Shown piece by piece: positions 52,400-63,441 of a DNA stretch of 64,000 nucleotides (positions are counted from its first letter, which is position 1; every line of letters starts with the position of its first letter). This DNA comes from Psammoneis japonica (lineage: Eukaryota): assembly GCA_008632985.1 (NCBI GenBank), contig QPGO01000009.1, forward strand, positions 1 to 64,000, written 5' to 3'. A program made the position numbers and the translations under genes. Under the pieces are notes generated by a model, which made no database searches, was not told where the DNA came from, and was given only the letters and a program-made list of their open reading frames with translations.

Positions 52400-53300
52400 T
52401 CAGGTGGACCAATGCCATGATTGGGTGGTTGAAGCTCCGAGTGAGAGTTCCGACTCGTCTTCTCCACGAAATGCTTGGGGAGTTCTTGATGACACATGAA
52501 AGCCATGAGTCTGTCCATGCCCAATTTAACTCTGCCGAATTCCCAAACCCACTCCAACATTGTCTTGGCTTGGTCCAAACAGAGAGTAACTTCAAGACAG
52601 GACACGATTGAAATGATTCTGCACGGCAATGACATGCTGCTGTTCAAGCTGGACGAGCTGCAAGAAATCTGTCTATCGATAAGTTGACATACAACTCAGT
52701 CTTACAAGCCCACGTGTCTCAGAAGTCCTTGCAGAAAGCAATCGACCATTCATGCAGGGGTGCGTTCAGAGTGGCCAAATGGATGCGCGGAGCAGATCTT
52801 GGTGAGAATGGAACAACTCGCTGCGCATTAATGCCTGCTGTACGCCAAGAGCCAGCCCGATCCTGGTGCTGCGCCAAAATCAATGGGCACATCGCAACAA
52901 ATAATGCGACAAAGCCGAGATTTGCAACCCGACATGGTTTCCTGTGCACGTGTCATGGAATGCCAGTCGAAAAGCACCGACCCCGATGCATCCTTAACGG
53001 CGCTGGACCTTTTGGAGCAAGCATCCGAAATGTACAATCGCGCAACGAAGGAAGAGCACATGCCGAATCTAAGAACGTTCACAATGGCTTTTCTGGTGTT
53101 GTCCAAGTGCCCACAACGTGTTGGTAACGTGGTCAAGGGGCACGAGAATTGTTGCAAAGACCAAACGACATGTGCACAGAGACTCGTCAGCAAGGTCCAA
53201 GCTACCCGCATCACCTAAACAATTTGAGGGAAGTTCTTGTCCACAACATGCACGTGTGTTTTGCAATGAAAAGGAGATAGCCGGAATACTACAACGCATC
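52400..53300 (+). pseudogene. pentatricopeptide-repeat (PPR) gene fragment; its 3' part is duplicated at ~36715-37140
   Basis: TYNSVLQAH, LQPDMVSCARVMECQSKSTDPDA..ALDLLEQA and MPNLRTFTMA are PPR-like motifs, interrupted by frameshifts and stops. Confidence 0.65.
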
Positions 53301-55248
53301 CGTCTTGCTTTAAGACTGACGACCACCCATTACGGTAGAAGTGCGCATGTGCGAGCTAGAAGTAGTACTAAGGTAATGTATAGAATTACGAGCGAACGTT
53401 TTAGGAACTCTGTTTTCTATTCCTTTTAATTTGAGACGTGTTTTTATTGTCTCTCTAGAGAGGTATGATTTGTATTTTTTCATGGGAGCCTTGTAAAATT
53501 ATTGCTCCCAACGAATGCTCTTTTCTCTTCCGTCAATGTTTCAACAACAAGCTTGACTTCCGAAGCGACACGACTTACATGATAGCAATGCGAGCCTGAA
53601 ATAGAGTGTGGTCAATGAATTCTCTTTCGTCAATGTTGCCTCTCTGTTTCAACGTGACGTCTGAAACGGCCTCGGCTTACAGTACTGCGAGCCTGAATTC
53701 TTGAGCTGTAAAAGCGAACCGAGATGGCGCAAACGGCAGAGAAAGCGCGTTTCTCTGATAGATTGCAAAGTTCTTGAACCGACTGAGTCATCAAAATTAC
53801 GAGTACTAGCCTTCAAATGATCTGACATGGTCACCGGATGTCGTAACAAACACCTCTTCGGAAGGACTTGTTGGTGGAACCGGTGGGGGCATCTGGTGAG
53901 TTTTAGCTACTGCTTCGAGACTACCACACAGGTAGCCCTACTAGGCAACCCCACGACTGACGTAATGCCCCCCATTGGTGAAAACGTTGGCGAGTGTTGC
54001 GCTACTGCTTCGTGACTATCGGTAAAGGCTGCTTGCCCGGTCCGCCGATGCCCTATTAGGTAGCCCCGTCTAACGTCCACCTTGCCTTGCGGCAAAATTC
54101 GTTCTTCTCCCAACCAATGGATATGCGTGCGAGTTGTTGTGTCACTGCTTCGTGACTATGAGTAATTGACGAGAGGCTGAAGCCTTCACATCTACCCAAG
54201 CCCTAATAGGCGACCCCGCAATCTAACATTCCGTACCTGTGAATTCGTGTGCGAGTTCGCGTTACTGCTTCGAGTCTGGATAATTGACAAGAGGCCGTCT
54301 CGGGTTGCGAGACTGAGTGCCACGTCTATCCAAGTCCTAATGAGTAACCCCGCTTCCACGTTCACGCCGCCCCATGGCAGCAAAAGCCACAACAAGTCAA
54401 GTACGAGATTTTGCTACTGCTTCGGGTAGAGCAATTGACAAGAGGCCGTCTCTTATTCCAACGTTGTTGGGAGACTGAGTGCCACGTCTGCTCAATCCTA
54501 ATGGGTAGCCTCGCATTGCTGCTGTACTTTTCAAAACGTCCTTCTTGGTGAATCCAATCCCAAACCACAATCAGTACATCGCCTCGCCTTGAATATCCCA
54601 GACCGCCGTGCCGCAACCTAGACACGAGCACCTCAACGTATCCGCTTCTTGCCCACAACCACGGTGAATGATAAGTCTGTCTCTGTGTACGTACAAGAAG
54701 GCAAGAGCGAGTTGAGTGGATGAAATACAAAAGAAAAAGGAACAACACGATACACGATCACGACAAGAACACACGTACCTTACTCTGCAACGACAAAGCC
54801 GGCAGCAAGCAGAACGCCCATGGCCACCGCAAAGAGCGCCATGGTCAAAAGAGAAACACAATCAACTCCTCCATTTTACTGCCGTGTTGTTTGAGTTGAT
54901 TGTCAGAATTATGAGCAAATCGAGAGCGAGCGGAAGTCAGCATCGGATTGTTCGTGTACCAGAAGCACGTAAAATCCACGGAGCCTCAGTCCTCGGTCTT
55001 CCACGACTCGTGTGCTCTCGGTGCCTGGCAGGTTTCGACAACTTATCCTCTTGTGGGATCAGATATTTTCAAAAATGTCGGAACCGGTACTGGCATGCCG
55101 AATCTTCCAAAAACGAGCGGCAAATCGATCGCGAACGTCATGGTGAAGTCGCTCGTTTCTTTGATGATGGATGATGGATGCTTGTGTGTTGTGTGGTCGC
55201 GCGTTGGTTAGTAGTCATCGGATCTTTGCGGACGCACATCAGACGTAC
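52880..55248. repeat. near-identical ~2.4-kb direct repeat, copy 2
   Basis: See copy 1. Weaker homology continues to ~55635 (vs ~39110-39465). Confidence 0.95.
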
Positions 55249-55707
55249 TCGTAGATTTCGAACATTTCGAACATTTCAAAATTTATGAGCATGAATGTTA
55301 TTTTGTCTTGATATCTTCCGGATCTTCGAATGACAAAAATACACGTTGCTGCATCGATCTTTACCGAGCTGTTCTATTGGGAAAGAGACTACTAGTGGTC
55401 CCGTGCAATCAGATTTCCATTTGGAAGAAGGTCCGCGGCGATGTGTGTTCGGGGATGGAGCCTACTGTACGACACGATTTGTCTTTGTTTCTAGTTCCTT
55501 CTACTTCAAGATCGTACTCGCGTGAAGTACCATCGTACTTGAATCTGGCCTAAAACAGCTCTTGTCTATCTTTTGTGTTGTAAAAGATCTTTTTTCAACA
55601 GGATCTCTAGTGATAAGAAAAGCTAACAAAGATAAGAGTCTGACGAATCACACCCGAATTCTTATTAATTGGCTTATCATTAAAAGAGGTGATGGCGTCT
55701 ATGCTGA

Positions 55708-58322
55708 TCATAACTCGTTCGAAATGCTTTCGGCTGCTTCATTTTCTCTAGAAGCTTGACGGGACAAAGAACGAGTGCTCTGCCTTGCTGCTCTACGCGC
55801 TTTGAAGATTCTCACGGCTTTTGCAAGGCCCTTCATCGCCGCCATCTGTCGCTCGGCTTCATCCAGTGTTGTGCCTCGAGCTTCGGCCTCCAGAAGCTGA
55901 AAGTCGACTCCATAGCCGCGCCTTAGAGTGTCGATATCATGCACAGTCGATAAGCCCGTCAAGAGGACGCAAGGTGACAATGCACGGATCGAAACGCCGG
56001 GCGTTCCGTCCTTGAGCAACCAATCGGTTGTCTCATTGCATTCATCTGAGTCTAGCGTCTCAACGTCCAATTGTATCAACCATGCTTTACCTATGAGATC
56101 GACAAAGTATAAGCAATTTGAGAAGACAACCGCTATTTTTTGGCAACCAGTGCTTCTGTATTAAGATAACTCACCAAGGGTGTCACCACGATTCAATGTT
56201 CGGATGGTATGCTGATCTCGCCTAACCTGGAGGGATCCACTCTGAACAAACACAAATTCGGGGGTGTACTGCTTACACTTCTCCATTAAATAGTCCCCTG
56301 TAAGAAGTGTCCGTGTCTGGGAAAGGCTACTGGATAACGCGACAAGAAAGCCGTTTGAGCAGTGCTCGAAGAAGGGGTCGCGACGACGTATCAATTCTGC
56401 CCTGGCATATATCGCCACTTCGACTTGGAGATACTTTGGTAGTGTGTCGAGGATATCATCATTCAAATCAAGACCGTCGCAAGTAGCGTCCGTACTACCG
56501 CCCTGAGCGCCACCTTGGCTTGCTTGTGTCAAGACATTTCTCATCATGTAGCCTTTCATGATGCGTTCTTTCGAAAACTGTGATACTCGCGCCGTGTTCA
56601 TGTAGTTGGAAAGCCTGAATATCTCGCTACCAATCTTGTTCTCGCGTTTGGACTCTTCTTCCAAAATGGCAATTACATTTCCCGTAAGGATGGCATAAAA
56701 TACTGCTCCGATCAAATGAATGACAAGAGTCGTCCAGCACTCCAGAGTACTAGACGGAGTACTTTCCACATTGCCAATACCCGACAAATTCACAAATGCC
56801 CAGTGAAAAGCACGAGAATACGAATTGAAAACATTGTTCCTAGTGCCGAATAGATCAGAGTCAGGGAGGAATGACGTTGGCGTGACCTCAGTTGCGTTGA
56901 TGCCAAGTTCAACTCTTGCCACGATGCACCATGCGCAGGCGGACCTGAAGAAGTCGAGATCAAAAGGCAAACGTCAGTGGGATGAGTTGAAACGAGTCCA
57001 TCCAGGATAATTCTTCTCTGAAATCCTTACACATGAGTAATGTAAACCAATCGAAAGAGAAGCTTAGCCATGTTGAGATGAAGCTGACGATCTGTATCCA
57101 GCTTCTGCTCAAGGAGAGCATTGTTCTCCGCACATTGCAGAAAGTGATTGACTCGAAACGCCGTCACCAAACGAATGAGCCCAAAGAGCTGGGTCCAATG
57201 CAAGCCCACTTGAGCACAAATCGACCCTCTCACAAAAATCCACTGCAAGGGGAAGCTCAAAAGTACCTTTGCGTCCATGGACGGCCAAGGTACCCATCGG
57301 TCCATCCTGTAAGACTGAACCATGCTTACAATGGAATATTGCTTTTTCATAAGAGCACGGCGGGCCGACTTCCCACCCGATTTTTTGTTTTCGCTTTTCA
57401 CCGGCTTGAGTAAATCCCTTCTCGAGGATGTGCTCTGGATGACAAACTGGCGGACCCTGAGTTTGGACTGGATGAAATCAATCGCCAAGTCCAAAGCAAG
57501 AACAAGAGCAGCCAACCCGTCTAAAATGTTGAGGAGTACAACCATATTGGGTCTTCCATAAAGAAAGCCAGCAAAACGAAAAGGAGTGACAAGCATGAAA
57601 TACGCACACGCAAGAAGCATGACAACTCCCCAGCCTCTTATGGGTTCCGTCTCCAATCGTTTTGACGGACTCTTGATAAGATCCGATATGGAGGTAAACG
57701 CTTGACTCCACGCGTCTTCAGTCTCCTGGTCCCAATTCTCAGGCCCCACCTCTTCACGAATAGCTCTGATTAGATGACGAAACAAAATATTGTAGTGCAT
57801 GGGCTTCACGCCGACCGTCTTGTGCGTCGCGCCCACTTGGCGAAGACGAGGAATCAAATCATCAATGCTGGTGAGTCCTGCCACACTTGTTCCGACCACG
57901 CGCATAACTGCAGTAGCATGTGCCCGAACATGAGCCTTGGTGCGAGGGTTGAGTATTAGCTTTCCCGTGTCCGAGTCGATATCATCCCCGAAAGGAAACA
58001 GCTGCAGAATTTCTGGATACTCATTGAACATACCGAGAAACACTTTTAATCCCACATCTCCAATTCGGTTTGAGATGGTGTACCAACTCTTCTCTACCCG
58101 AGATATCTTTTCGTTGCTGAGCTTAACCATATCTTCACGTGAACGTACACGAGGAAAATGAACCGCATATTTTGCATTCGCTTCGAGGCCGCTAAACGAA
58201 GCCTCGAAAGAACTTCTCCTGACCTTGTTCGATCCGGATGATTCCTCTACCTTCTCACCCTGAAGTAACGACTCCATGATCCGATCCTCATTCTCAACAT
58301 TTCCACTCATTGTCTCGTTCAT
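55708..58322 (-). CDS. globin-fused CNBD-family (CNG/HCN/KCNH-like) 6-TM cation channel, ~814 aa; exons 58322-57031, 56944-56175, 56090-55708
   Basis: Globin fold (VEKSW, GLKVFLGMFNEYPEILQLFPF, HATAVMRVV, GATHKTVGVKPMHY, W..ETEDAW), followed by S1-S5, pore YSRAFHWAFVNLSGIGNVESTP, S6, a C-linker (ILDTLPKYLQVEVA) and a CNBD-like beta-roll. Two GT-AG introns (86 and 84 bp) give a continuous 2445-nt frame. Confidence 0.88.
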
Positions 58323-58829
58323 GCTAAGCACCGGTGACGAGCCCAATTGTTATCGAACAAACTGCCGGTGGTTGGCTTCACTCAACGCAGTAGAGAGTAG
58401 TAGGGCCCTAGTGTAAACAGTGCTGTAGCGTGGTACTGTAGCGTGTAGCGTCCTCACCGAGCTCGACATGAGATTTTGATCTTTTTTACCGATCGAATCC
58501 GTTCCCAGCCTGACGCCCGTAAATACGTAAATTTGGCCAAATTATATTTATTTTACGGCCGAAATTATCAGGGTGGGAACGTGCCTGACTCAACAACCAT
58601 TGCGTCAATCGAACTCGATTTCTGCGAGAGCGAAGGCGAGCCGGCCGGCATCAGATGGAGAAATCTTTGACGTCACGATCAGTACTTACGAAAACGACGT
58701 TGCCTTCTACGTGAGTTTGATTTTGGAAAACTCCCTCCAACGTCAGACCCCCGTCGGTCTCTCTAGATATTTGCTCACACGGCTCGCACCTCCTTTGGAC
58801 CTCGGACGCTTCGACCAATCGCACGCTAC

Positions 58830-58995
58830 CGGTAGCTCTAGAGTAGCTACAGTACCGCATACTGTAGGGCTCTCTCTCTAGTAGAGATGGTTACTACTAG
58901 CTACTAGAGAGAGAGAGAGAGAGTAGTCTCTACGGTACACTCTAGCTAGAGGGTCCTATCGTAGAGAGTAGAGTATCGGTAATGCAATAGAGAGG
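58830..58995. repeat. CTAG/TAGAGAG low-complexity tract
   Basis: Same word composition as 11810-12090, with an (AG)n run at ~58905-58923. Confidence 0.75.
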
Positions 58996-59509
58996 GCCCT
59001 CACTCCAGCTCGCAGTCATGATGCTGGGCGTTGTCATTCGCTGAAGCGGCGAGCGGCGCTCCTACAATTTCCCAGACCTTGAATTCTCCTCTACAGTACA
59101 GGAGAAATGTCCTCTCTCTAGAGAGCAGTTTGCAGTCTCCCGCAGGCATGATTGTAAGTCGGAGACGGGTGAGGTCGAGGGCGCGCCTGCCACCACGTAC
59201 CATGTGCAAGCCATGTGTGCCGCTTTCTCCCGCAAGATGCTATCTACTAGATCCAATCAATCAACAAGCAAGGCAAACTGCATCAGATAAGTGCCATGCC
59301 GTATCGCTAGACTGAAGTCGGAGACATCTGTCACAACCTCCTCGCTACCACGTGTCCAGGTTCGAAGAAGAATATCCCTAGTTGGCACATCAGACGTGTC
59401 ACCTACCCATGCTACAGTATCGCGACACTTTTTTGAAGTTCGATTGCCTATGTCAAGAAGATTAAAGTCATCTTTACTGCTTCAAAGTTACGGGATAGTG
59501 CTGCAGTCT

Positions 59510-60538
59510 TTACTCGCCCTGCGGTTCCTCTTCGCTTTCTGGTTTGTCCTCGGCCACCGCTTGTGCTTCCGCCGCGGCCGCCGCTGCCTCTTCCGCAGCC
59601 TTTTTTGCATTATCTACAACCTTTTGCGCATTCTCCACGCTACCAAGACTGACGACACATTCGGCCATTCTCATAATGTTGCCTTGCAATTCCATACCCA
59701 TTTTGGTTGGGCGGATAATCACGCCCATATCAAACTCATCCGAAAACTCCTCTTCAATGGCAACCGCGCGGCTTTCGTCAAAGGCGTCGCCAATATTACC
59801 AGCTTCGTATTCTTCCACCTGTAGCTCCTTTTTCAAAAGAGTGGTGAATGCCCCGAGCAACCCACCGTACTGTTGTGCAAATTCATCCTCGGCATAAACC
59901 TCCTTGAGCCGTCTCAGTTCATCCAAGACGGGTAGAAAGTTAGAAACAACCTGGGCCTGTGCAGAGTACTTGTTTAACGATTCAAGGGACTGGAATAGTG
60001 CATATCATTGAACAATAAAAGGGTTAGCGAAACTGCAGCCATTGTCGCGAAAATACTCAAACCATGAACTGGTACATACCCTTCGAGTTAGGCGCATGTT
60101 TTGCATTTCAGCCACCCGTCGGGCGTATCCAGCCTTGGTGTACTTGTCCGCCTTTTCGAGTGCACGAGAGACCTCACGACGTTTGCTTTTGAGTTCGGAT
60201 TCCAAATCAGCAATCTGTTGTTTGAGCTCAGCTACTTCCGGATCTTCTGCTGGTGTCTCTTCTTCTTTTTCGTCTGCATCCTTTTCAACCTCCTCCTCCT
60301 CCTGTTTGTCTTGTACTTCCTGAGGACTTTCGTTGGCTGCCTCCGCTACAGGCTCTTCTTGATCTTCAGCGCCATTTTCCTCTTGAGCAAAGAGACGCAA
60401 AGAGGCGTACCGGATGTGTGGGTGTGACATGGAAGAAGAACGTTCACATCCGAACGGCGAGCTGACGGATAGAGGTGAAAATGCATTTGCAAGTTGGAGC
60501 AAAATCAAGAGTAACGAGACAAGCTTTGAGTCCATCAT
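59510..60538 (-). CDS. grpE: plastid-targeted GrpE-like nucleotide exchange factor; exons 60538-60080 and 59989-59510
   Basis: Coiled coil ending YARRVAEMQNMR, then NFLPVLDEL, GDAFDESRAVAI and GVIIRPTKMGMELQGNIMRMAECVVS, matching the GrpE layout. N-terminal signal peptide + ANA/FSP resembles the diatom ASAFAP motif. GT-AG intron 60079-59990. Confidence 0.85.
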
Positions 60539-61114
60539 GTCAGCGGTTGCAGCAGTTGTGGATTGATAGTATAAACGCAGAGATGGAGTTGTAGCTAACG
60601 ACGAAGCCAATTTCACAACGCGAAAGAAATCAAAAGAAAATGTGAGGTCAACATCTGGGTCAAAAGATAAAATACACCTTCCAGCTGGAACTTCAGGCGG
60701 GCGGGCGGGCCGCCGATGGCGAGTATGACAACATTATGACGTCACATGATTGGAGACGCGTCCAAAAAACTCCGACGCAACGATGAACGATGATGAATGA
60801 GGTTTGCGATAGAGAAAAGCATTTTTTTGCTTCAAGTTTGGTGTACGATGGGCAAATTGAAATGAAGGAGTAAGGAACTGCGATATGCGACGAATCATTA
60901 CTGCTATAACTGCTCGCTAGTTTGTCTGGAGGGCGAAGCATGAAACGCACGCACATACTGTACTTCAAACAACAAAGAAAAGCCGTTTTTTAGACGACTC
61001 AACAAGACGATACCAAGGCTGTAGGGCCCTACCGCAATGAGTTCGATTTGAAGCGACTCTAAAAGACGTTGCGGGATCACAGTGACGATGATTCTGAAGA
61101 TGCTCTCGGTGACG

Positions 61115-62090
61115 ACGCTGCCGACTACCAAGGAAAAGTTACATTCAACGTGGACATTTTCCACGTCTTGCTGCTTCCCACAAGAACGACGTCGACGATT
61201 TTACTTGAAGGGATTGGGGCTATTGATTTCGTTGTTGCAACTTCGTACCGGTACCAAAGGACTCACTCTTGCACAATCCATCCTCCTCTAGATCGTTCCC
61301 TCCGCCGCTGTTCCGGTCCTTGTTGTCACAGCTATCGGATGCATGATTCTGCTCCTTGGTTCCCTCACCGGGTAGGTGCAATGTCACACATAGATATGGT
61401 GATACTCATTCAGATGTGCATACATTCGCCTTTAGTGCTGGCTGGTGTAAACTCGGCCCGAGATTTTAGTCCTCGCCTCCTGATTGTTCTTGCCGGGTGG
61501 GGTGCAGAGTACATTGTTGGACCACTAGTTGGTGGACCAGGTATTTTTCTTGCTGATCGTGTTCTTATGGCTGACTAGTGGGAAAGCAAGTGCCATTGCC
61601 TCTACGGATTGCTTGTACACATTGTTACGTTCAAACTTAGAATGAAAAGACTTTGTTTCCAGCGCGTCGGAAGCTGGAATATGTGCTAATGCGCACCGCA
61701 TTTCATTAAAACAGTAAATTAGCGTTTGTACGTTCTCGTCCATTCCTTTAGACTATAGTGGATGGTTGCGGGCTGTCACACTAGCGAGGAGCTCTCATTG
61801 TGTGGCGAGGTCAGCACGCCCTCTAGCTAGCTCTACAAAAAAAATAGAGCCAGTTTTGCTCCTTGAAGTAAGTGCCGCGGTCTGCGGTTGCACAAACAAC
61901 ATTCGAAGCACCCGTACGGTGCGTCATATGTCTGTCTCTCTGGGTGCCTCATCCAGATCCTCAGCTTAAGGTGCTGTCTACTACAAAGGAAAACCTACAC
62001 TCAAAGTGGACAATATCCACGTCATTACTGCTTCACACAAGAACGACTTTGACGAAAGAAAATGAAGGGATTGGGGACATTGACCATGAT
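61115..62090 (+). repeat. diverged ~115-bp direct repeat (~61115-61230 vs ~61972-62085)
   Basis: CTACCAAGGAAAAGTTACATTCAACGTGGACA...CACAAGAACGAC...TGAAGGGATTGGGG vs CTACAAAGGAAAACCTACACTCAAAGTGGACA...CACAAGAACGAC...TGAAGGGATTGGGG. Confidence 0.75.
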
Positions 62091-62331
62091 GAAGCCACGG
62101 CAGCTCTTTAGTTTATAATGGGCAAGGACTGTCAGAGCAATTCAAAAATTAAGCCTTTCACACATGAGGGTTGAATGTTCATGCGTTTCAGGCTGGGTCG
62201 ACGACACAGAAGAGTAAGGGACTTTGCGCAACAGTATTCATACTGACGAAACCCAATTCCTAATGAAGTATCTTACAATAAATGCTCACTGCTAGATTCG
62301 GGCAAGGTCTAAGACTTAAGATTCATGCTAC

Positions 62332-63441
62332 TCACGCTCTCCGGCAATTCGTCCCCACCGCTTGGACGAAGCTTCTTGCTCGGTTTTCAACTCGGCCCAG
62401 GTAGAGACTCTTTTGCTGGTGCTGCGCTTGAACACGGTACGTAGCCACGCACCTGATCTGGAGAGAGAATGTTGAGATATATGGCAAGAACGGGCCAAGG
62501 ATTTGCGGAGGGTGCAAGAACATCTTCTCGTCGATGACCCCAAGATCGACAAGGACTTTCACAGAAGGCTTGAAGGCATCGGTTTTGTGATATTTGATGT
62601 CACGTAAGAAATCGATTATCTCCAAAGCTTCTACTTCCGTTTTGATAACGCTCAAATCCTCCACCCTCTGAACACCCATCTCGGCCGCAGCGATGTCAAA
62701 CATGCTCAGCTTCCTAGGAAGAAACGACGTGGCTAGCCACACCTTCAAACCTTGGTAAGAAAAGAGGGCCGCTTATGATCACGAAATTCTCGGGCTGATG
62801 TCAAATAGGTGCGTGATTTCTTGAAGGTGGCTCCATCGTTTTCAGCGACTGCAGCTTAGAAGTTCTTCTTCAACTTCTTGGAAGTGACTAAGAGCTTCTC
62901 CAGATGCTCCACATACTCCTCAAATTGGGCGTGGTAGCTGACCATAAATGTGCTAAGTGCTTCAGTATGCTTGTTCATCTGATCAATTTCAAGCCGGAAG
63001 CACCCCCTCCAGCGCTCATGGTCTCGAAGTAATCTTTCTGTTTCATGTAATTGGCGGCAACCTCGTACGAAATACTCCTTTGTCGTTCGAAAGCTGGACA
63101 CATTCCTTGACGGATGCAAGCAGTACATTCCTTGACGGATGCAAGCAGTGCGCGGGTGCGATCGTCCTTGCAAATATCTTTTTAAGACTTGACGAGTCTG
63201 AGGCAACGGGGCGGTCACGAACGGAGACGTCGGAATGGGCGAGCGCATCAATGCTTCGGTATATGAATACTCGTACTGAGACCCGTGGCGACTGCCCGGA
63301 GTGCTGAAGCTGTACTGCGATGCAAATATCTTTCGAGACGCTGGAGTGATGAAGAGATGAGAGGAAGCGAGCATTCACGAGAAACAAGTGACAGTTGTCG
63401 TTGGTGCGTGAATTGTGAGCCTGTGGGTTGGAGCAGGTCAC
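62332..63441 (-). pseudogene. fragmented hypothetical gene with a possible AP2-like C-terminal motif
   Basis: Consecutive minus-strand ORFs and a frame-breaking 25-bp tandem duplication at ~63101-63148. YRVQAQHQQKSLYLGR weakly resembles an AP2 beta-sheet. Confidence 0.3.

Larger units (their letters stand above)
39110..52600. other. CpG- and TpA-depleted hypermutated island 4 (decayed repeat/TE DNA)
   Basis: Same signature over ~13.5 kb. Confidence 0.9.

Noticed and set aside
28150..52600. The many 60-350-aa Cys/His/Gln-rich ORFs as genuine genes (e.g. 31386-32453, 45099-45914)
   Set aside because: They overlap in all frames and are explained by loss of TAA/TAG in TpA-depleted repeats.
28150..52600. 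Classical fungal RIP, or CpG-methylation decay alone
   Set aside because: RIP raises TpA, whereas TpA is lost here. CpG decay does not account for the TA->TG/CA changes seen in paralog pairs.
36712..55248. The 2.4-kb direct repeats as LTRs of a retrotransposon
   Set aside because: No TG...CA ends, PBS/PPT, TSD or recognisable gag/RT between them. The repeat starts within a PPR fragment and homology continues past its end.
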